Below, one piece after another: positions 24,345 to 24,771 of a DNA stretch of 24,771 bases. Position numbers and translations under genes: made by a program. Origin of the DNA: Armatimonadota bacterium (GTDB lineage: Bacteria; Armatimonadota; Zipacnadia; Zipacnadales; UBA5352); assembly GCA_034722055.1 (NCBI GenBank), contig JAYENL010000239.1:1-24771 (forward strand), read 5' to 3'. The notes under the pieces are model-generated. The model made no database searches. It saw only the letters and a program-made list of their open reading frames with translations, and was not told where the DNA came from. Numbering within the stretch: position 1 is the first letter of the stretch; each line of letters begins with the position of its first letter.

Positions 24345-24771
24345 GTTGTAGGGCCTGGACCTGTAGCGCGCACACTGCTCTCCGTGCGTCGTTCCGTTCG
24401 GAGGGACGGGTCTTCAGACCCGTCCGCCGTTCGTCCCTCTTCCCCTTCCCCGGCTCCAACTCGTGGGCCAAGCTTCCAGCCTGTCGCCGTTCTTCGGGGC
24501 AGAGGTGCACCCCCTGGCCTGTGGAGGATCGCGTCAACGGCGGCCTTCCCCGGAGATGAAGAGCATCTCACGTCCCGGAGGCGGGATGGCCGGACGGGCA
24601 AGGAAGCCCGCCCCCCGTACGGCCTATGCATTACCCACATCTGGCGCGCTCGTGGAGGGCCCGTGCCCACGCTGCGCGGCAAAGCCGGTTGCCGTGATGG
24701 AGGGGCCGCCGGGCGCGTAGCGCCCGGTGAGGCCAGTGAGCGCAGCGAACAGGCCGAAGGTTCCACCCCGG
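24345..24771. repeat. Non-coding field of heterogeneous REP-like palindromes
   Basis: GGAG-GGACGGGTCT-TC-AGACCCGTCC (24400-24425); reverse-strand relatives of both palindromes of the 1-455 repeat at 24592-24623 and 24691-24707; CCGGGCGC-GTA-GCGCCCGG near 24709-24727. Confidence 0.65.

Noticed and set aside
24293..24766. 157-aa and 85-aa ORFs at the right end
   Set aside because: Translations of palindrome-rich DNA with no family motifs or SD.

Overview
A GC-rich bacterial window whose gene content suggests a diderm Terrabacteria lineage such as Armatimonadota (inference only). From left to right it holds: a 138-bp palindromic tandem repeat; a secreted heparinase II/III-like lyase; a compositionally atypical nucleoside-deoxyribosyltransferase-like fusion gene; URO-D family, CBM9-like and cupin genes; and a GT-C glycosyltransferase. 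Divergent from that GT-C is a long + strand run: rfbF, rfbG-like, two tandem MNT-HEPN toxin-antitoxin pairs, GT2, lptC/lptA/lptB/lptFG, DUF3084-like, yqgF-like, Clp1-family kinase, yhaM, ECF sigma/ZAS anti-sigma/RseB-like, and flgM with a sigma-28 promoter. A field of microsatellite and REP-like palindromes ends the window. The most unusual signals are: (1) a ~215-bp highly structured insertion that duplicated the start codon of the yqgF-like gene (9-bp direct repeat CATGTCTGA); (2) several other multibranch-hairpin cassettes in intergenic spaces; (3) mosaic near-identity between the two MNT antitoxin genes; (4) three consecutive RNA end-processing enzymes; (5) a candidate single-gene defence effector. 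All calls come from reading motifs by eye; no searches or folding programs were run.
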